From positions 1 through 43,132 of the forward strand of contig NW_021835075.1 of the NCBI RefSeq assembly GCF_006345805.1: a stretch of DNA of 43,132 nucleotides. Reading direction: 5' to 3'. This document shows, one piece after another, positions 1 to 12,984 of the stretch. The DNA comes from Octopus sinensis. Lineage: Eukaryota. A program made the position numbers and the translations under genes. Under the pieces are notes generated by a model, which had not been told where the DNA came from, made no database searches, and saw only the letters and a program-made list of their open reading frames with translations. The stretch's first letter is position 1; every line of letters starts with the position of its first letter.

Positions 1-160
1 TTGTAACACACTGTGTGACGCTGAATCTCTCCGAGAACTACGTTAAGTTTACACGTGTCTGTAGCATGCTCAGCCACTTTCACGTTAACTTCAAGAGCAT
101 GCTCTTCCGTTGATCGGATCAACTGGAACCCTCGTTACGACGGTAATCGACGGAGTTCCA
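1..160 (+). mobile_element. SINE 3' tail fragment (tail Y)
   Basis: Matches 25560-25715 (gtcacgctgaat...cacgtgtctgtggagtgctcagccactt...gatcggatcaac.ggaaccctc). Truncated by the window edge. Confidence 0.8.
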
Positions 161-1136
161 CGATATATATAAATATCCACATACACACTCACCCACACGC
201 ACACACTCACCTATATTCATGCGCACTAATAAGTACGTACATATACATAAATTCATATAAACACACACATATATTTATATACTTATGTCTCTCTTTTTTT
301 ACTTTTACTTATTTTACTCACTAGACAGCGGTCACCACGGCGAGGGTTCCTGTGGTCGATTTGCTCGACTAAAGGCAGTGCTCCAGCATGGCAACAGTCA
401 AATGACTCAAACAAGTAAAAGAGTATATAGATTTAATATACTCACATGTTTATAACCAGAAAGATATGAACTTACGTAAAAAAAACTTACTTAGAAACAA
501 AGCTCCAACTTTGATGTTTGTCTGCTTTGAATGTCTCGGATGTTAATCTTGAAGGTGTTTGAAAAATGCCCGGTGCAGAACATATGTTTTACGAAGAATT
601 ATGGCTCTGTATGGAAAAGTGTTGCGTGGAGGAAGTGCTGTGTGAGGGATACATCATCAGATGGACGTAAGTGTATAACAAAACAGCCTAAACCCATGTA
701 AAAGACTGCAAATCTTCACTTGATATCGATTGTTTATAATGATTAAGAATGATACAGTAAGCATTGGATTTAATCCAATATAAATTTGGATTAAGTGAGC
801 TAAATTCGCGATAGTATTAGTTAGTGACGGAATTGCCAATCTCATTTTACGATAGCATTAAGAAATCTACACATAATGGCAGGATAGTAATGATTCGTTA
901 GCAGGGTTGAGTAATACTGATAAAACACCTATTAATTTCCTTAATGTCACTTTATTGTAAGTTACTCTATAACTCTAAAAGCCTACAGAAACGAGTAGAA
1001 GCTAAACCTTAATATATAAATGCGATGTAAATACGCTCGTGTTTGTCAATCGAAAACAAAACCTTTTTTTGATAGTGAATCTGATTGGAAAAGAGCGTCT
1101 TACAAAACAAACTCTTGAGACTTAAGTATAGGATCA

Positions 1137-1425
1137 AAAAAAAACGTCGCCCCTTTTCAAGCCTAGTCATGCTCATGGGCCCGTATGTGTTCCCCCCCCC
1201 CAGCTGGATGGGACGCCACTCCATCGCAGCGTTACTCAAGAATCAGGAAGAGAGAGGGAGAGAAAATTGTGGCGAACAGGGGGTCGCCACTACCCCCTGT
1301 TGGAGCCTCGTGGAGCTTTTAGGTGTTTTCGGTCAATCAACACACACAACGCCCGGTCTGGGAATCGAAACCGCGATCCTCCGACCGCGGGTCCGCTGCC
1401 CTAACCACTGAGCCATTGCACCTCC
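1137..1425 (-). mobile_element. tRNA-derived SINE, head A + tail X
   Basis: Reverse complement of 4737-5027; A/B-box-like head; TSD ataggatca at 1128-1136 and 1426-1434. Confidence 0.9.
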
Positions 1426-1789
1426 ATAGGATCATAGAGCAGTGTGAATATATGACGGTGTAGGATTATACATCTTCGAATGACTAACATTCTATAACAT
1501 ATTTCGGGCTGTATAGAGATGAAAGGTTAGTTATAACAAGGTTCAGTTATAGTCACATTTCAGAGAAAATGAAAAAAACCCCAACAGCTCCACATTTAGA
1601 ACTTTAAAGTTGTGATGCTTGATTTTTTTGTACACTTATGTATTTCATATAAATCTCCCATGATACAATTTAAACAAGTATTCATACTACCAGTCACAGT
1701 TTTTAAGCTTTTTGTCGTCAACATCATCAAAAGGATTATCAGTCTAACTACAATTCAGAAAATATTCGATCGAAGCAGAACTCTTTACT

Positions 1790-1844
<55 letters not shown>

Positions 1845-1849
<5 letters not shown>

Positions 1850-3077
1850 TTACTTGTTTCAGTCATTTGACTACGGCCATGTTGGAGCACCGCCTTTAGT
1901 CGACCAAATCGACCCCAGGACTTATTCTTTGTAAGCCTAGTACTTATTCTTTCGGTCTCCTTTTCCGAACCGCTAAGTTATGGGGACGTAAACACACCAG
2001 CATCGGTTGTCAAGCGATGTTGGGGATACAAACACAGACACACAAACATACACACACATACATTCATATATGTATATATATATATATATATTAAGGTATG
2101 TAGAAAAATACAACATGGACAAGAACGTATAACTCTTAGAAGACGATACAATAAACACGGACAGGACATTCGAAACCCTCAGTCTTCAGTCAAGAACCGG
2201 ATCATCGTAGTAATTTCGGCTGATTAATCTTGAGATTACTAGATCACGGCCAGCCCTCCAAGAAAAACTAAGCAACGAGCATTAGAGAAACTAAGCTGGG
2301 AGCGTAGATTTCCTGGAAGAAGGATCGAATGCATACGGACACCAGGACAGCAAAGGGACGAATATAAAAAAACAAAATAATAGAATACAGAAACATGAAA
2401 TACAGAAGCATTAACGGTGAAAACAACAACAAGTGTCTTACGACTGATAACAAGCAAACAAATTTTTCTGGCGCGAGGAAAGGAGCCTTATCGGCGATGC
2501 CTATAGCGGCGGACGAAAAACAACGATGTTAACACGACGCTGGTCAGAAGCTGAAAGGCAGATTTCGGCCAGCAGTCACGTGACAGACAAGAGAGAAGAG
2601 AAAAGAAAAGAAAGAGAAGCAACGGAAGAGAGAGAGAGAGGAGGGACAAACGCAACAAAGAGAGAGAAGAGAGAGAAAGAAGGAATCAGAGAGGAGAAGG
2701 GATGGGTGTCGAAGATTGACCTGTGAGTGCAGAGCGAGACAAAGAAATAGGGGGTAGTGGAAGATTAGACCAAAGAATCAGAGGAAAGAGAAGAGAAAAA
2801 GAGGATGAGTAGAGAGAGAGGGGACAGATCAAGTAAAAGTGAGAGAGAGAGAGAGAGACAAACAAAGAGTCGTACCAGTTATTAAGAATATGTGCTCACA
2901 TTAATGTTAAGAGGGTACGTGGCGCCTGGAATATATGTTAAGGTATGTAGAAAAATACAACATGGACTAGAACGTATAACTCTTAGAAGACGATACAATA
3001 AACACTGACAGGACATTCGAAACCCTCAGTCTTCAGTCAAGAACCGGATCATCGTAGTAATTTCGGCTGATTAATCT

Positions 3078-3116
<39 letters not shown>

Positions 3117-3243
3117 TATACAGGCTTCTTTTAGTTTCCGTCTACCAAATCCACTCATGAGGTTTTGATCGGCCCGAGGCTATAGTAGAAGACACTTGCC
3201 CAAGGTGCTACGCAGTGAGACTGAACCCGGAACCATGTGGTTA
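1845..3243 (-). mobile_element. tRNA-derived SINE family C, split by an insertion in its internal (TA)n
   Basis: 1845-2075 and 3118-3243 are the two halves of the element seen intact at 16420-16840. Confidence 0.85.
2091..3080. mobile_element. ~990-bp insertion with 143-bp terminal direct repeats (PLE pseudo-LTR-like)
   Basis: 2091-2233 and 2938-3080 differ at 2 positions; no TG..CA ends; inserted in (TA)n; internal (GA)-rich tract. Confidence 0.65.
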
Positions 3244-3633
3244 AAATTCGGTTAAAATATTATATACTCATACGCCTTACACCATCCTCATCTAATCTAA
3301 AAAGAATCGTCCAAACATTGTGTCCTGGTTTCAACTTTAATTCAGTTGCTGCTACCACTAACATCTACGAATTTATCTTAAATGCAAGTACCTGCCAGCT
3401 AACCGAGTGTGTATAGAAATCTCTTTTTAATAGTCTGAAGTGAAGGTTTCACACGTATTCATAATTTTATTCAGAAAAATGCACGTCCGTAGAAACGAAT
3501 ATCACGAGTGATTACTACAGATACGGAGATGGCTAAGTTCACCCGCGAGATAAAATTTGCATTCCAGAAGTTTCGAGGCATTTTAGTAGAAACAGTTAAA
3601 ACTGTCCTAAATTGTAATAATTTTAGTATATCT

Positions 3634-3894
3634 AATAAAAATAAATGCGCCACTTTTAAAGCCTAGCCAGGCTCATGGGCCCGTTTTCCCGGTTTCTATG
3701 GCGTATGTGTTCCCCAGCTGGACGGGACGCCAGTCCATCACAGCGTTACTCATTTTTACCAGCTGAGTGGACTGGAGCAATGTGAAATGAAGTGTTTTGC
3801 TCAAGAACACAATGCGTTGCCCGATCCAGGAATCGAAACCACAATCTTATGATCATAGTGCTGACACCCTAACCACTAAGCCACGCGCCTCCAC
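3634..3894 (-). mobile_element. tRNA-derived SINE, head B (CORE-like domain) + tail X
   Basis: Reverse complement of 38672-38931; TSD agtatatct at 3625-3633 and 3895-3903. Confidence 0.9.
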
Positions 3895-4139
3895 AGTATA
3901 TCTTTACTATACATCTAAGAAGCTGATCCGCCAGCTTTTGTTGGTCCACATTGAAGTGGACGGCTGTAACAACACTTTGTAATACAGCCTTCTAAACACT
4001 GCAGACCAGTTTGCAGAATGCAGATACGACATGAAGACAAAATGGAAGATCGCTAAGCAATAACGCTATGTGTTAATCTGGGCAACAGATTAACGCCAGA
4101 TAAATTTATGAAATGCCCCATAAAGCTTGTGGATTAACT

Positions 4140-4700
4140 TGTATGAGCCGAGTATATTTTTCGCTGGTCTTACACAAGCGGTCAAGCAAATCGAGTTCAC
4201 CGGGAAGCTCATGGTGATCCTCTTTTTCGACAGCAAAAGCTTCATTGACAAACACTAGGGCTTCTCTAACCATACATATGGGACGGTCAATAAAGCGTAT
4301 TTGCTGATTTTGACGGAGTTCAGGAAGACATTTCTTTGCAAATGACTAGTCTCTGCAGCAGGACAATACAGCAGTCCACGATTCTATACCAGGAATTAAG
4401 TACTTGACAGAGATGGGCTTCAAAATTAATTACTCCTGACCTTCACTGTAATCTAGAAGTTGGTCTCTATGACTTTTGGTTGTTCCCCAATGCCATTCTG
4501 AAAGAGCCTGCGAAATAGGGATTCTGGACATCTCCATTTTGGAAAACTTCAATGGGACCGCCACAAAGCGACCGGATCAAAAAAAAAAAAGGGCACTGAA
4601 GCCGGAGGAACTTATTTGAACAAAATTAGAGTTTTGTACTTCTTTGAAATTAAAAACGTCTCTCCTGCAAACGATCCAAAACATTTGGAACGCATCTTTT
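4140..4700 (+). pseudogene. Degenerate mariner (Tc1/mariner) transposase remnant
   Basis: Frameshifted translation gives GKLMVILFFDSK, GTVNKAY, QQDNTAVH, YLTEMGFK and YDFWLFP, matching mariner catalytic-domain motifs (HQDNAP.H, DLAPCDFWLF). Confidence 0.8.
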
Positions 4701-4736
4701 AAACTGAATTTTCAGAAAATAGGAACTGAAGTTAGT

Positions 4737-5027
4737 GGAGGCGCAATGGCCCAGTGGTTAGAGCAGCGGTTAGAGGATCGCGGTTTCGATCCCCAGACCG
4801 GGCGTTTTGTGTGTTTAGTGAGCGAAAACACCTAAAGCTCCACGACGCTCCGGCAGGGTGGTGGCGACCCTGTTGTACTCCTTCGCGCCAACTATCTCTC
4901 ACTCTTTCTTCCTAATTCTTGGGTAACGCTGCGATGGACTTGCGTCCCGTCCAGCTGGGGGGAACACATACGCCATAGAAACCGGGAAACCGGGCCCATG
5001 AGCCTGGCTAGGCTTGAAAAGGACGCA
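4737..5027 (+). mobile_element. tRNA-derived SINE, head A + tail X
   Basis: Head ggaggcgcaatggcccagtggttag...ggtttcgatcccc; tail gaaaccgggcccatgagcctggctaggc; ends in (ATGT)n. Confidence 0.9.
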
Positions 5028-5237
5028 TGTATGTATGTATATACATACATGTATGTATATATATATGTGTGTGGGTAGGTGTGCACGGACGCGCAATCGT
5101 GTATGTATGGAGGAAGAAGATATATATCAATGTATACATACCGGAGTAATCAAATAAATGTGAAACAAGGTGGAAAAAAGAGTATTCAAATACCAGAGGC
5201 AGAGTAATATGCTTTATTTAAATGCCCCAGAAATATA

Positions 5238-5286
5238 ACAAAAGCTGTTACTCAATATCACTGAAACTCTGAGTAACAGCTTTTGT
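5238..5286. repeat. Perfect 17-bp inverted repeat with 15-nt spacer
   Basis: acaaaagctgttactca (5238-5254) / tgagtaacagcttttgt (5270-5286). Confidence 0.85.
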
Positions 5287-5669
5287 ATCCATCAAGCACA
5301 CGTATCCATCATATATGTGTACGTGTGTGCGTATGTACATATTTATATACATATGTAGTTATGTATATATATATATATCAATGTATGTATATATATTGGT
5401 TGTGAGCATGGGTACTAATTTATTTCATTAAGTTTTACTGTAATCAGATTGAATTTTAAATAAAGCTCTCTATTTTTTTTCTCTTTTGTTTATTGTTTTG
5501 CCAGAAACTATTTTTCCTCTCCTATCTTTGAGATTCTTGAAATGTTCTTACACGTGATTTAGTAATTTTCTTTTATTTTTCGTTTACACCCTAAACACAT
5601 CCGATTATTTCTTTAAACATTAACACGCGCATACACAACACACGCTTGTTCAAGTGTATACATGTACTG

Positions 5670-5712
<43 letters not shown>

Positions 5713-6249
5713 TATACGTACTTGTATATAAATGTGTTTATATATATATATATCTTAGTCTTTTCTGCTAATTATTTGTATCAACTTGTAAAATTCATTC
5801 TCGTAATTTCTTAATCTCTCTTTAGATGCACAGTTTTTTTTTAATCAGTAATTTTCTTTATCTATACTTAGTTACCTAGTTTATTTTGAAGTTTTTATTC
5901 AATACATTTGAAAAATATTTGTTTCACTTTGTCACCTATCATGATATTCGTGTGTATATCTATGAAAAGATCTGATCACAGTTAGTATATATTTTGTCCT
6001 TCCAGCGTATACGCCGATATTGCTAATTAGCTTTTTTTTCTGTTATACGTACACACATGCTCACGATAGAGATATATGCTCCTGCTTATTTTAACGTACG
6101 TGTATACCTAAATACATTTAAAGATGCATATACACGCACACGTACAAATTCAGGCATATATAAACCCACAAGCACACGTATCCATCATATATGTGTATTT
6201 ATGTGTGTGCTGTGTGTATGTATATATTTATATACATATGTATTTAAGC

Positions 6250-6280
<31 letters not shown>

Positions 6281-6344
6281 TACACGTATATATGCATAGA
6301 CTTTCATACACACACGCTCACATCTATATACATACATACACACA

Positions 6345-6380
<36 letters not shown>

Positions 6381-6429
6381 TATACATATACATATATATA
6401 CATATATATATATACATATATATATATAA

Positions 6430-6486
<57 letters not shown>

Positions 6487-6500
6487 TATATATACTTAAA

Positions 6501-6551
<51 letters not shown>

Positions 6552-6555
6552 GTAT
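6250..6555. repeat. Compound microsatellite (TACA)n/(TA)n/(TG)n
   Basis: Directly visible. Confidence 0.95.
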
Positions 6556-7879
6556 GTTCTGCTGCATTGCTTGAAGTTTTTTTCTTTTCTATAAAAAGTT
6601 TTAAAATATTCCAGACATGTAAAACTTGCCTATCTTATTATTTAATTCATATTTGCTTTTCTATCTGTTTTTTTATTTTTACCTTTTATTGTTATTCTTT
6701 TGTTTTCAGTTTTAAATTTCCTGTAAGCATTACAAAAGATATTGCCTTATCACCTATTCAAAATCTGCCAAAATTTTCTACGTTCTTTAAATATAAATAT
6801 TTTGCGACAGCTTTTTTCCTTTTTTTTTATTTACAAATATATTTTATTACTATTATTTTGCTGCTTATCTTTTGAACTTATATTATTTTATTTCAATTAC
6901 ATTTTCTTCCCGGACACCGTGTGTCTTGTCACGTATTTTGCACACTTTTTTTTCCTGTTCATATTTTGTCATATTTTCTCATACTTCGCGACTTTTTCGT
7001 GTTTCAAATAACTTTATGTTAATTTGTTGTATATGTGTAGTGTGTGTCTAATTTTATTTTTTCCAAAAATTTTAAGCTGAAAACTGTTTTGAAAGCAAAT
7101 CAAATTTGATCCCTGTACAGATGTGCGAACGGTAAGAAGAAGAAGACGAATGTAAATAAATGCCGTTGGTATATTAACAAGACAGATCGCTAAACTTTTA
7201 GCTATGAGAACAATAGAAGAGATTTCTCGTGTGTTGATATATATTGGTCAAAACTAACAAAGAAAAATCCTGAGATAACAGTAACTAACAAAATAGATAC
7301 GGGAGAAAAAAATATCAACTCTAGAGAAATTAAAATTTATTGAAATAAATGAGAATAACACGAAGGAGCTTAGGTGTGTAAACTTAAGTGAGCAGGTATA
7401 ACTGAGAAACCTACCACTGGAATTCTAATAAGGCAGAACAAAAGATTCAATAAATATAATGTAGGTGTATAATCTAATGAATTGTTATTTCGCACCTGGG
7501 TAAATAGCAATCTACTCAGGTGAGAAACTGTAACTATGAAACAAAGAATGAGAAATGTTAATTAAGCCGTCCGCGAAATTGTATTTCTTTCTACTTTGTT
7601 ATCACTCATAATTAAGAAATTCTATGGTCAATGAGATTCCAACGGTGACCGCCCCTATTTATTTATATCACTGATTACATTGATGGATCGATCTTCTTGT
7701 TTAAGACGGTGCACTTTGATTTAAGTGAGATTTTCTGGCATTTCTCCGCAAGGTGATCGACCATGCTGCGACGCCTTATTTATTAGTATTGCCTTGTATT
7801 TGCTTCAGACATTGATGGTCTGTCACGCTAGCGCATATCTTTACCAAAATACCAAGAAGGCGGATAGAATCGGTTGAAG

Positions 7880-8020
7880 AACTGTGTGGTAAGCAGCTTG
7901 GTTTTTAACCACATGGTTCGGGTTGAGTGGCATCTTGGGTAGGTGTCTTCTAATATAACCTCAGACCCACGAAAGACTTATGAGTGGATTTGGTAGACGG
8001 ATTCTGAAAGACGCCAGTTG
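7880..8020 (+). mobile_element. Diverged SINE family C head fragment
   Basis: ctgtgtggtaag...cacatggttcgggtt...gagtggatttggtagacgg; a diverged 3' half lies at ~8460-8625. Confidence 0.65.
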
Positions 8021-8093
8021 TTTATTCACTTATATATATATATATAAGTAAATAAACGGAGTTGAACGCAGATGCTATTCAAATTCTTTTACG

Positions 8094-8172
8094 TTCGACA
8101 TATGTTTCGAAGACAACATTGGTTTTATTCCAAAGGAATAAACGGTGTAAAATGCAATCTTCTGATCAGGAA
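8094..8172 (-). ncRNA. Type-I hammerhead ribozyme motif with extended stem II (core G8C, probably inactive copy)
   Basis: Minus strand: UUC CUGAUCA GAAGAUUGC..(UUUAUUCC UUU GGAAUAAA)..GUUGUCUUC GAAA CAUAUG UC GAA; palindromic stem III; GUC triplet. Confidence 0.65.
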
Positions 8173-8390
8173 AGAAAGAGAGCCTATCTCGACAACAAGA
8201 CATTATAACAATTTTGATGACTCCATTTATTTACTTATACTACACAAATTACTGCACATTAACCCGGAGTTTCTACCTTTGAATAGGTCGCTACATCCTT
8301 GTTGCTTGCGTGAATTTTGCTACCCTGGTAACTGTTTATTGAATGTTCCATGTTAACGGTAAACAAAGGATAATTCATTCATCCATTTAC

Positions 8391-8441
<51 letters not shown>

Positions 8442-9035
8442 TACGAGGCTTTTATCTGAGTTTGTCTCCTCACCAGCCCTTGACAATCGATACTGGTGTG
8501 CTTTGCCGTTCGGAAAAATATTACCAGGCAATAAGCACTGAGTTGATGCATTCGACTAAAACTTCTTCAAGACAGTGGTCCAGCATGGTCGCAGACTAAT
8601 GACTGAAACAAGAAACAGATAAAAGATTAATGCAATAACTGTACATGATTTCTACATTTTGTAAATAAGTTTTAAAATGACAGTTTTTCGCAAATCATTA
8701 ATTACACATAAGTAGTATAAAACAGAATTAATCCTTCGATGGAATTTCTAAAAATTTAACGCATCGCCACGCGCGTTTCCACAAATTACACGTCTCTTAG
8801 GACCATATCCTGTATTCCTGGGGTGATTAGAGTGTATCCGTAGTATCCGTGGACATCGGAGATTTACCAGAGGGATGTGTATTCCTTTCGACCAGTGCGA
8901 AGGTTGGCTGAGTTATGTGAGTATTTCTGTGTGGTGGAAAGAGAGAAAGGCATGATAGTAATATGCGAAAAGATGCACACAGACACAGACACATATATAT
9001 CTACATACATATATACTCACATACATACATACATT

Positions 9036-9102
<67 letters not shown>

Positions 9103-11789
9103 ATATATACATATGTATATACATATATATATATATACGATAAATGGAAAACAGAGGCAAGCGCACAAGATGTTATATAAATCATTTATATTGCCGACAA
9201 TGATATTAATAATATCTTCTGCGTTTGTCTCCATTTTCCATTTGTCTTATGTTCTCCAAAACAGATCTCACTTCTCCTTGGAATTATTAGCCATGTATGT
9301 ATGGTTACTAATATTTTAAAGTGGTTATGGGACATGTGGCTACACCGGTAACTATTTCTCCGGTTCTTTCCTTGTAAATTAAACACACACACAAACACAT
9401 ACACACACACACACACACATACATACACACATGTACACGCACCCATATATGTACTCGAACGGTTTGACTCGAAGTAGATAAAGCTATACATAAGAGCGCG
9501 GACATGTTAGGTAAATTCAAACCTCTGCAGAGGTAAGTGGAAGGCACTCTATGGAACACGAAACCACATTTTTTGCAAAACGTAACAGATATTCTACCAA
9601 AGCAGCCTCTGACTCTTTTTTTTTTATCCAAAAGTATTCTTCATAGCGCAATCTGCTTCGAGTTTCACTATTCTCTTTTTGTTGTCTCACAGATTCATAA
9701 TTCTCATGTGTGAGTGTGTGTGTGTTCATGTATGTCTGTGTGTATATCTATCTATCTGTCTATCTATCCATCTATATATGTCTGTGTATCTGTGTGTGTA
9801 TATATATCTGTCTATCTATTCATCTATATATGTGTGTGTTGGACTGGATTAATCTTGCGGTAGACCAGCTCCCCGTCCGGTAGACAGGAAATATACACGC
9901 CACAGAATCCGGAAACCGGTCTTATGAAACAGTGGCTCGGGAATGATTTTAATGGCTTCTTTTTTTAAGGATGATCGTAGGTCTCTGTCGTTCGACGATG
10001 AAGATTCACTTACTTGATGGATTAAATTAGTTGCTCTTAACTGTATAACCGAGCATTCTTCTCACACGTGTAAATCTGGCGCAGTTTTTAGGCAGAACCA
10101 GCGTGACACGGATGTAACTTTGAAATGCAGGTAAGGCACTCGATTGGCAAAGTGTATAGAGCTTCAAAGGGAAACTTCACATTGTTCTTTTCGACTCAAT
10201 GTGCTCTGAGTTCAAATCCAAAAGTAAGTAAAATACCAGTTCAGTCATGCGAATCATCTTTCTTCTTCTTTCCCATCATCGCCCTCTTTTACACTGTTCC
10301 TCGCGTTCTCTGAGGAACTACTGGGGAAGATGTTGTGTAGACGCCCCCAAACGATGAAGTAGGCTCGCCCAATACGTAGATATAGAGGGAGAAGCCTAGA
10401 CGTCAAGAGAGCAGGTGTAGTAGCAGTCGTAGACTAGACTAGAGTAGTAGAGTAGCAGTAGAGAGTCGAAGTTGAGTAGTAGAGGCATCCGAACGTGCGA
10501 GATAACAGGAGATATTCAGAGAGAGAAAGAGGGTAGACGAGATCTTCGTACTAAACTTGTACTTATTTTTAGATGAGTAATTCTTGTTCAACCGAACAAC
10601 ATATCGCCAGTCGAGGAATCGAAACCACGACCGTTTGGTCGTGAGCGCAAAATACTAAATCCTCAGTCCACGTACATTCATCAATTAAACCACAGAAACT
10701 TAATAACTCCTTACAATAAAGTAACATAAATGAATTTTAATTCTCCCCCTTGCTTATAGCAGTCATATAAATTTCTGCAAAATAACAATATATTTAGAGT
10801 TAAACAGACCCAATGAATATTAAGAGACTTTCTCAAAGATATAGTTTCGACTCTCAGACACTAGTTTTAAATTCAATTATTTCATTTATTTGAGATTTAT
10901 AGTGTACTACTAGAATTAGATATTACATTTTATCTTTATTGCATACTAGTAATAATACAAAACATGTTTCATATTGTGAAAGCCATTCTTATATTACAAG
11001 AAACGTCACTTTTGAGTTTCAGGGATATGAGAGAAAAGGATAAAAATGCAGAATTTTATTTTATTTTTTTCACTTTGTTTTTTTTTTTTCTTTTCTTTTT
11101 GTCTTTGTAGCAAAGCCAGATTAAAGCTTGTAGTTTGTGTTGTTAGTAAGAGGCCTTGTGTTGTGTGGCTGTATCGCTTTCTGATTCTGAAAGCATGTTC
11201 AAAAAGCAATTATTTTATTTGAAGTGATGAGGAAACAAACGGAACACAAAATCTCCCTGAACTATGAATCAGCTATTAGAATCAATAATCTTCTCCTTTC
11301 AAGAGTTTGCATGGATTGTTTTTAACTGTCAGCTAGCCATAAAGTATTATGCTAACTGATGTGGAATGACAGCATCCCTTGATTCAACTTTCACAACATT
11401 AAAGTTAAAATAATTTCACTGTAATCAAAGCATAAACTTCACTTATGCCATTACGTTTAACGATTTGAATTTACGCTTTATATTTAAGAATAGAACACAC
11501 ACGGTCACAAATAGATAGATAGATAGATAGGTGATAAGTATACTTGAGTGAATCCTTATCCTAGAATATTATTACTACGCGTCTCATTGACCTTCCCCCT
11601 CCGAGGGAAGGAAATTAAATTAAGCTCCACCGAGATTTGAACTTCGGTCGTAAAAAAAAATGTAACTAAACCCTGGAAGTCATTTTTAACCATGCTTTAT
11701 TAAATCTACCCTAACAAAGTCATGCTCAGTATTTATCAGTCATTGAAGCAGACGAGGTAGCTGCACCACGGTACTTGTAATACTGTGCT

Positions 11790-12930
11790 CGGGCGGCGAG
11801 CTGGCAGAAACGTTAGCACGCCGGGCAAAATGCTGAGCGGTATTTCGCCTGCCGTTACGTTCTGAGTTCAAATTCCGCCGAGGTCGACTTTGCCTTTCAT
11901 CCCTCCGGGGTCGATAAATTAAGTACTAGTTACGCACTGGAGTCGATATAATCGACTTAATCCGTTTGTCTGTCCTTGTTTGTCCTCTATCTATGTTTAG
12001 CCCCTTGTGGGTAGTAAAGAAATAGGTATTTCGTCTGCCGTTACGTTCTGAGTTCAAATTCCGCCGAGGTCGACTTTGCCTTTCATCCCTCCGGGGTCGA
12101 TAAATTAAGTACTAGTTACGCACTGGAGTCGATATAATCGACTTAATCCGTGTGTCTGTCCTTGTTTGTCCTCTCTGTGTTTAGCCCCTTGTGGGTAGTA
12201 AAGAAATAGGTATTTCGTCTGCCGTTACGTTTTGAGTTCAAATTCCGCCGAGGTCGACTTTGCATTTCATCCCTCCGGGGTCGATAAATTAAGTACTAGT
12301 TACGCACTGGAGTCGATATAATCGACTTAATCCGTGTGTCTGTCCTTGTTTGTCCTCTCTGTGTTTAGCCCCTTGTGGGTAGTAAAGAAATAGGTATTTC
12401 GTCTGCCGTTACGTTTGAGTTCAAATTCCGCCGAGGTCGACTTTGCCTTTCATCCCTCCGGGGTCGATAATTAAGTACTAGTTACGCACTGGAGTCGATA
12501 TATCGACTTAATCCGTGTGTCTGTCCTTGTTTGTCCTCTCTGTGTTTAGCCCCTTGTGGGTAGTAAAGAAATAGGTATTTCGTCTGCCGTTACGTTCTGA
12601 GTTCAAATTCCGCCAAGGTCGACTTTGCATTTCATCCTCTCGGTCTCGATAAATTAAGTACCAGTTATGCACTGGAGTCGATATAATCGACTTAATCCGT
12701 TTGCCTGTCCTTGTGTGCCCTATCTATGTTTAGCCCCTTGTGAGTAGTAAAGAAATAGGTATTTCGTCTGCCGTTATGTTCTGAGTTCAAATTCATCCTG
12801 TCATCCTTTCGGGGACGATAAATTAAGTACCAGTTATGCACTGGGGAAGATGTAATCGGCTTAATCAGTTTGTCTGTCCTTGTTTGTCCTCTCTGTGTTT
12901 ATTTAGCCCCTTGTGGGTAGTAAAAAAATA
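11790..12930 (+). mobile_element. SINE family D as a head-to-tail array of six ~184-bp units
   Basis: Units start at 11839, 12025, 12209, 12393, 12574 and 12758; single tRNA-like 5' head; central gcctttcatcc..cggggtcgataaa..aagtaccag resembles the Meta-SINE domain; TSD ggtacttgtaatactgtg at 11770-11787 and 12931-12948. Confidence 0.9.
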
Positions 12931-12984
12931 GGTACTTGTAATACTGTGTTGGCTTAAACGATAGGGAGTCAAGAAAACAACGGC

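Noticed and set aside
10295-10601. Possible solo LTR (tgtt… …aaca, purine-rich interior)
   Set aside because: No perfect TSD, and the apparent right terminus overlaps a decayed head-B SINE remnant; left unclassified.
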